In this document: one piece after another, positions 46,614-48,576 of the stretch
Numbering within the stretch: the stretch's first letter is position 1
Layout of the letters: every line of letters begins with the position of its first letter
Program-made: the position numbers and the translations under genes
Assembly: GCA_044352465.1 (NCBI GenBank)
Contig: JBILDU010000009.1
Span: 1-48,576 of the forward strand
Source of the DNA: Bdellovibrionota bacterium
GTDB lineage: Bacteria; Bdellovibrionota_C; UBA2361
Reading direction: 5' to 3'
DNA length: 48,576 nt
The notes under the pieces: model-generated
What the model was told of the DNA's origin: nothing
Database searches by the model: none
Seen by the model: only the letters and a program-made list of their open reading frames with translations

Positions 46614-48576
46614 TTGTTCTGCCCCGTTTCTTCGGCGCGCATGCGGATGATCTGTTTACGTACGTGATAGAGAAAGAGAAGCTTTTGCTCGGTCTCGGTA
46701 AGTTTCCCCTTCCCGGAGACGATGTCGGCGACCAGCCCGTCGAGATTTGGCTCTTCCCCCCGCTCGAACGCCGCTTTACAACGGCCCGCGAGCTCAACGT
46801 GAGGCGTGGCACGGTCCAACATCTTCCGCCAACCACCAGCTTCCTCCCGCCGCCGTAGGTGTTCGAAACGGCTGCTGTAGATTACCGATAACATCTGCCG
46901 AATGCGCTGGTCGTACGTATGGTCGCGCAGAACCCGCGCCCGGGCGCGATCGGCGATCGCCTGCCTTTCGGTGGGACGATCCATGTAGTAGCCGATCTTC
47001 TCCTTAAGCTCACGGGTGTTACGGAACGTCACGACTTCGTGCCCTGCTTCGAAACACTCGCCCAGGAGACTCCGCTCATCAACTAATTGGAATGCTCCAG
47101 CGGCAGCGAGTTCGAAGGTCCGCGGATTCACGAAGTCACCGGTCGGATCGACACCGTCGCGCTCACTCGACGAATGGAGATTGATATTAATCGAGGTTGC
47201 ATTAAAGATCTTATTGTACTCGAGTGGAGTGAGCCGCCGCCCCCCCTCCTGGACAAGGCGATCGAACGGTTTACATTCGGGCCACTCCGTCCCCCAAATC
47301 TTAAACGGCATGTCGGCGAACGAGGCGAAGACCTGCTGGCGATTGTGATAGCCCGCGCCAACAAAGGAGATCGGTGCGCCCCACTGAGCCCGCTCATCCG
47401 CTGAGAGGCCTACCGGCCGGTGAATCCCCGGATCGCATGCCATCGGGAGGTAGTGAACCTCCCCCGCGCCCGCCGCTTTGATGAGCTCCATGCATCGACC
47501 ACGTTGAATGGTGAAGACGAAGTCGTAGTAGCGCGCCAGCTCCTTCCAGTAGCCGAATCGCAGGTAGTCTTCCATGAACCAGAGCACCGTCGTCACCCCC
47601 CGATTACGGAGTTCAGTGAGGACCCGACCAGACACGGGGGCCTGGGCCATACAGATCAGCACATCGATACCCTTCTCGTTCACCGATTCGAGGAGAACCT
47701 GCGAAACGGTCTCGAGATAGGCGTTTTGTGCCCCGTGCGCGCGCATCTTGTCGAAGAAGAATTTATCGATGGCGTGAAAGCTTGGGGCAAAGCCACTGAC
47801 GTCCCATTCACGGACCCGCTGCTTGAGGGACTGGAGCGAACGTAACGTATATCCCATGATCGGCAGCGAGCCACCCTGCAGCGGACCCAGTACGGCTACC
47901 GTTGGGTGCAACGAGGTAAGCCCACGCACGCCGTAGAAGGCCGCCTTGAGTTCCTGGCAGAAATCGGAATAGAGCGCCTGAGTTTGAGGGCGTAAACACA
48001 GTTCGGCGTTATCTCCGAATAAACCGTTGTGGCACTCCGTTCCAACCGTGAGCGACTTCAACCGGTTCAAACAACCCTCAAGGTCACGGCTCTCCAACGC
48101 TGTCGCGATGACCGCGGGATTCGGCTCGATGACCGAGATAGCTCGGTCGGTGAGCCGGCCCAACGCCTCCAGGTGATAGCCACTCCCGAAGCCGAAGACC
48201 ACGATCTCCTGAGCCTCTTTGACGCGCCCCTCTTGGAGTACTCTCTTCGCCCACGCCTCACCGGCAGCAGCCGGCTTCTCAGGGTGGTCAAGACATTGCT
48301 CCCGCTCGAAAATCACCGGTCCATCGGTGGTTGAACTGACCCGCAGCTCCGCGGCTCGTGCAGCCAGAGGCACCTTTTGGAGGGTGTGCTCGAGCCCGGG
48401 AAAACGTGCGAGGAGCGTCGCACGGTTTCGCGCACCGACGCTGCTATCGGCTAGACCGTGCTGCGGCTTCTCCAGTAAAGCGACGATGCGCTCAAGCAGA
48501 TCGCGCACATCGATCGTCGCCGTGCGCTGGAAAGACGTCGCATACTCCAAAGCTGCGCGGGCGCGCTCGATCTCAC
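46610..48576 (-). CDS. CgeB-family glycosyltransferase with Maf-like N-terminal domain (5'-truncated by the window edge)
   Basis: IVVFGFGSGYHLEAL..VIEPN, LWFMED, YLPMACDP..H, ISFVGAGYHNR, ININLH and VNPRTFELAAAGAFQL. The frame is open to the window end. Confidence 0.85.
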   Translation of the reverse strand, partial: EIERARAALEYATSFQRTATIDVRDLLERIVALLEKPQHGLADSSVGARNRATLLARFPGLEHTLQKVPLAARAAELRVSSTTDGPVIFEREQCLDHPEKPAAAGEAWAKRVLQEGRVKEAQEIVVFGFGSGYHLEALGRLTDRAISVIEPNPAVIATALESRDLEGCLNRLKSLTVGTECHNGLFGDNAELCLRPQTQALYSDFCQELKAAFYGVRGLTSLHPTVAVLGPLQGGSLPIMGYTLRSLQSLKQRVREWDVSGFAPSFHAIDKFFFDKMRAHGAQNAYLETVSQVLLESVNEKGIDVLICMAQAPVSGRVLTELRNRGVTTVLWFMEDYLRFGYWKELARYYDFVFTIQRGRCMELIKAAGAGEVHYLPMACDPGIHRPVGLSADERAQWGAPISFVGAGYHNRQQVFASFADMPFKIWGTEWPECKPFDRLVQEGGRRLTPLEYNKIFNATSININLHSSSERDGVDPTGDFVNPRTFELAAAGAFQLVDERSLLGECFEAGHEVVTFRNTRELKEKIGYYMDRPTERQAIADRARARVLRDHTYDQRIRQMLSVIYSSRFEHLRRREEAGGWRKMLDRATPHVELAGRCKAAFERGEEPNLDGLVADIVSGKGKLTETEQKLLFLYHVRKQIIRMRAEETGQNK

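Noticed and set aside
4623..46960. HIP1-like GCGATCGC octamers (seen at 4623, 9157, 22086, 35380, 40931, 46953)
   Set aside because: Only about six were found by eye, all inside genes. This is plausibly explained by the general CGATCG/TCGA bias. A Markov-corrected count would be needed to claim enrichment.
1..48576. CRISPR arrays, transposases, integrases, prophage genes, rRNA or tRNA
   Set aside because: No regularly spaced repeats or recognisable motifs were found by eye.

Overview
GC-rich bacterial chromosomal window, probably from a deltaproteobacteria-like/Bdellovibrionota-type organism (inference from protein style only). In order: a partial orphan ORF; a four-gene ABC exporter operon (permease, ATPase, adaptor, TolC/NodT lipoprotein); valS; a divergent Glu/Leu/Phe/Val dehydrogenase; paaABCD; three secreted orphan proteins, two of them paralogous beta-helix proteins, at the position where paaE usually lies; a fused E1alpha/beta plus E2 2-oxoacid dehydrogenase divergent from paaG-paaH-paaJ-paaY-paaZ; a Cys-repeat secreted protein and two small orphans; an ~800 bp interval bounded by inverted 23-bp repeats; a flagellar operon flgB-flgC-fliE-fliF-fliH-fliI-fliJ-MotE-like-Slt with no fliG; an orphan; a GH63 glucosidase; and three putative flagellin-glycosylation genes. 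The best candidate for an undescribed system is a PaaK-independent phenylalanine route: Phe -> phenylpyruvate (dehydrogenase with a PaaR-like operator) -> phenylacetyl-CoA (E1/E2) -> Paa ring cleavage. No rRNA, tRNA, CRISPR array or transposase was recognised. All calls come from reading motifs by eye; no searches were run.
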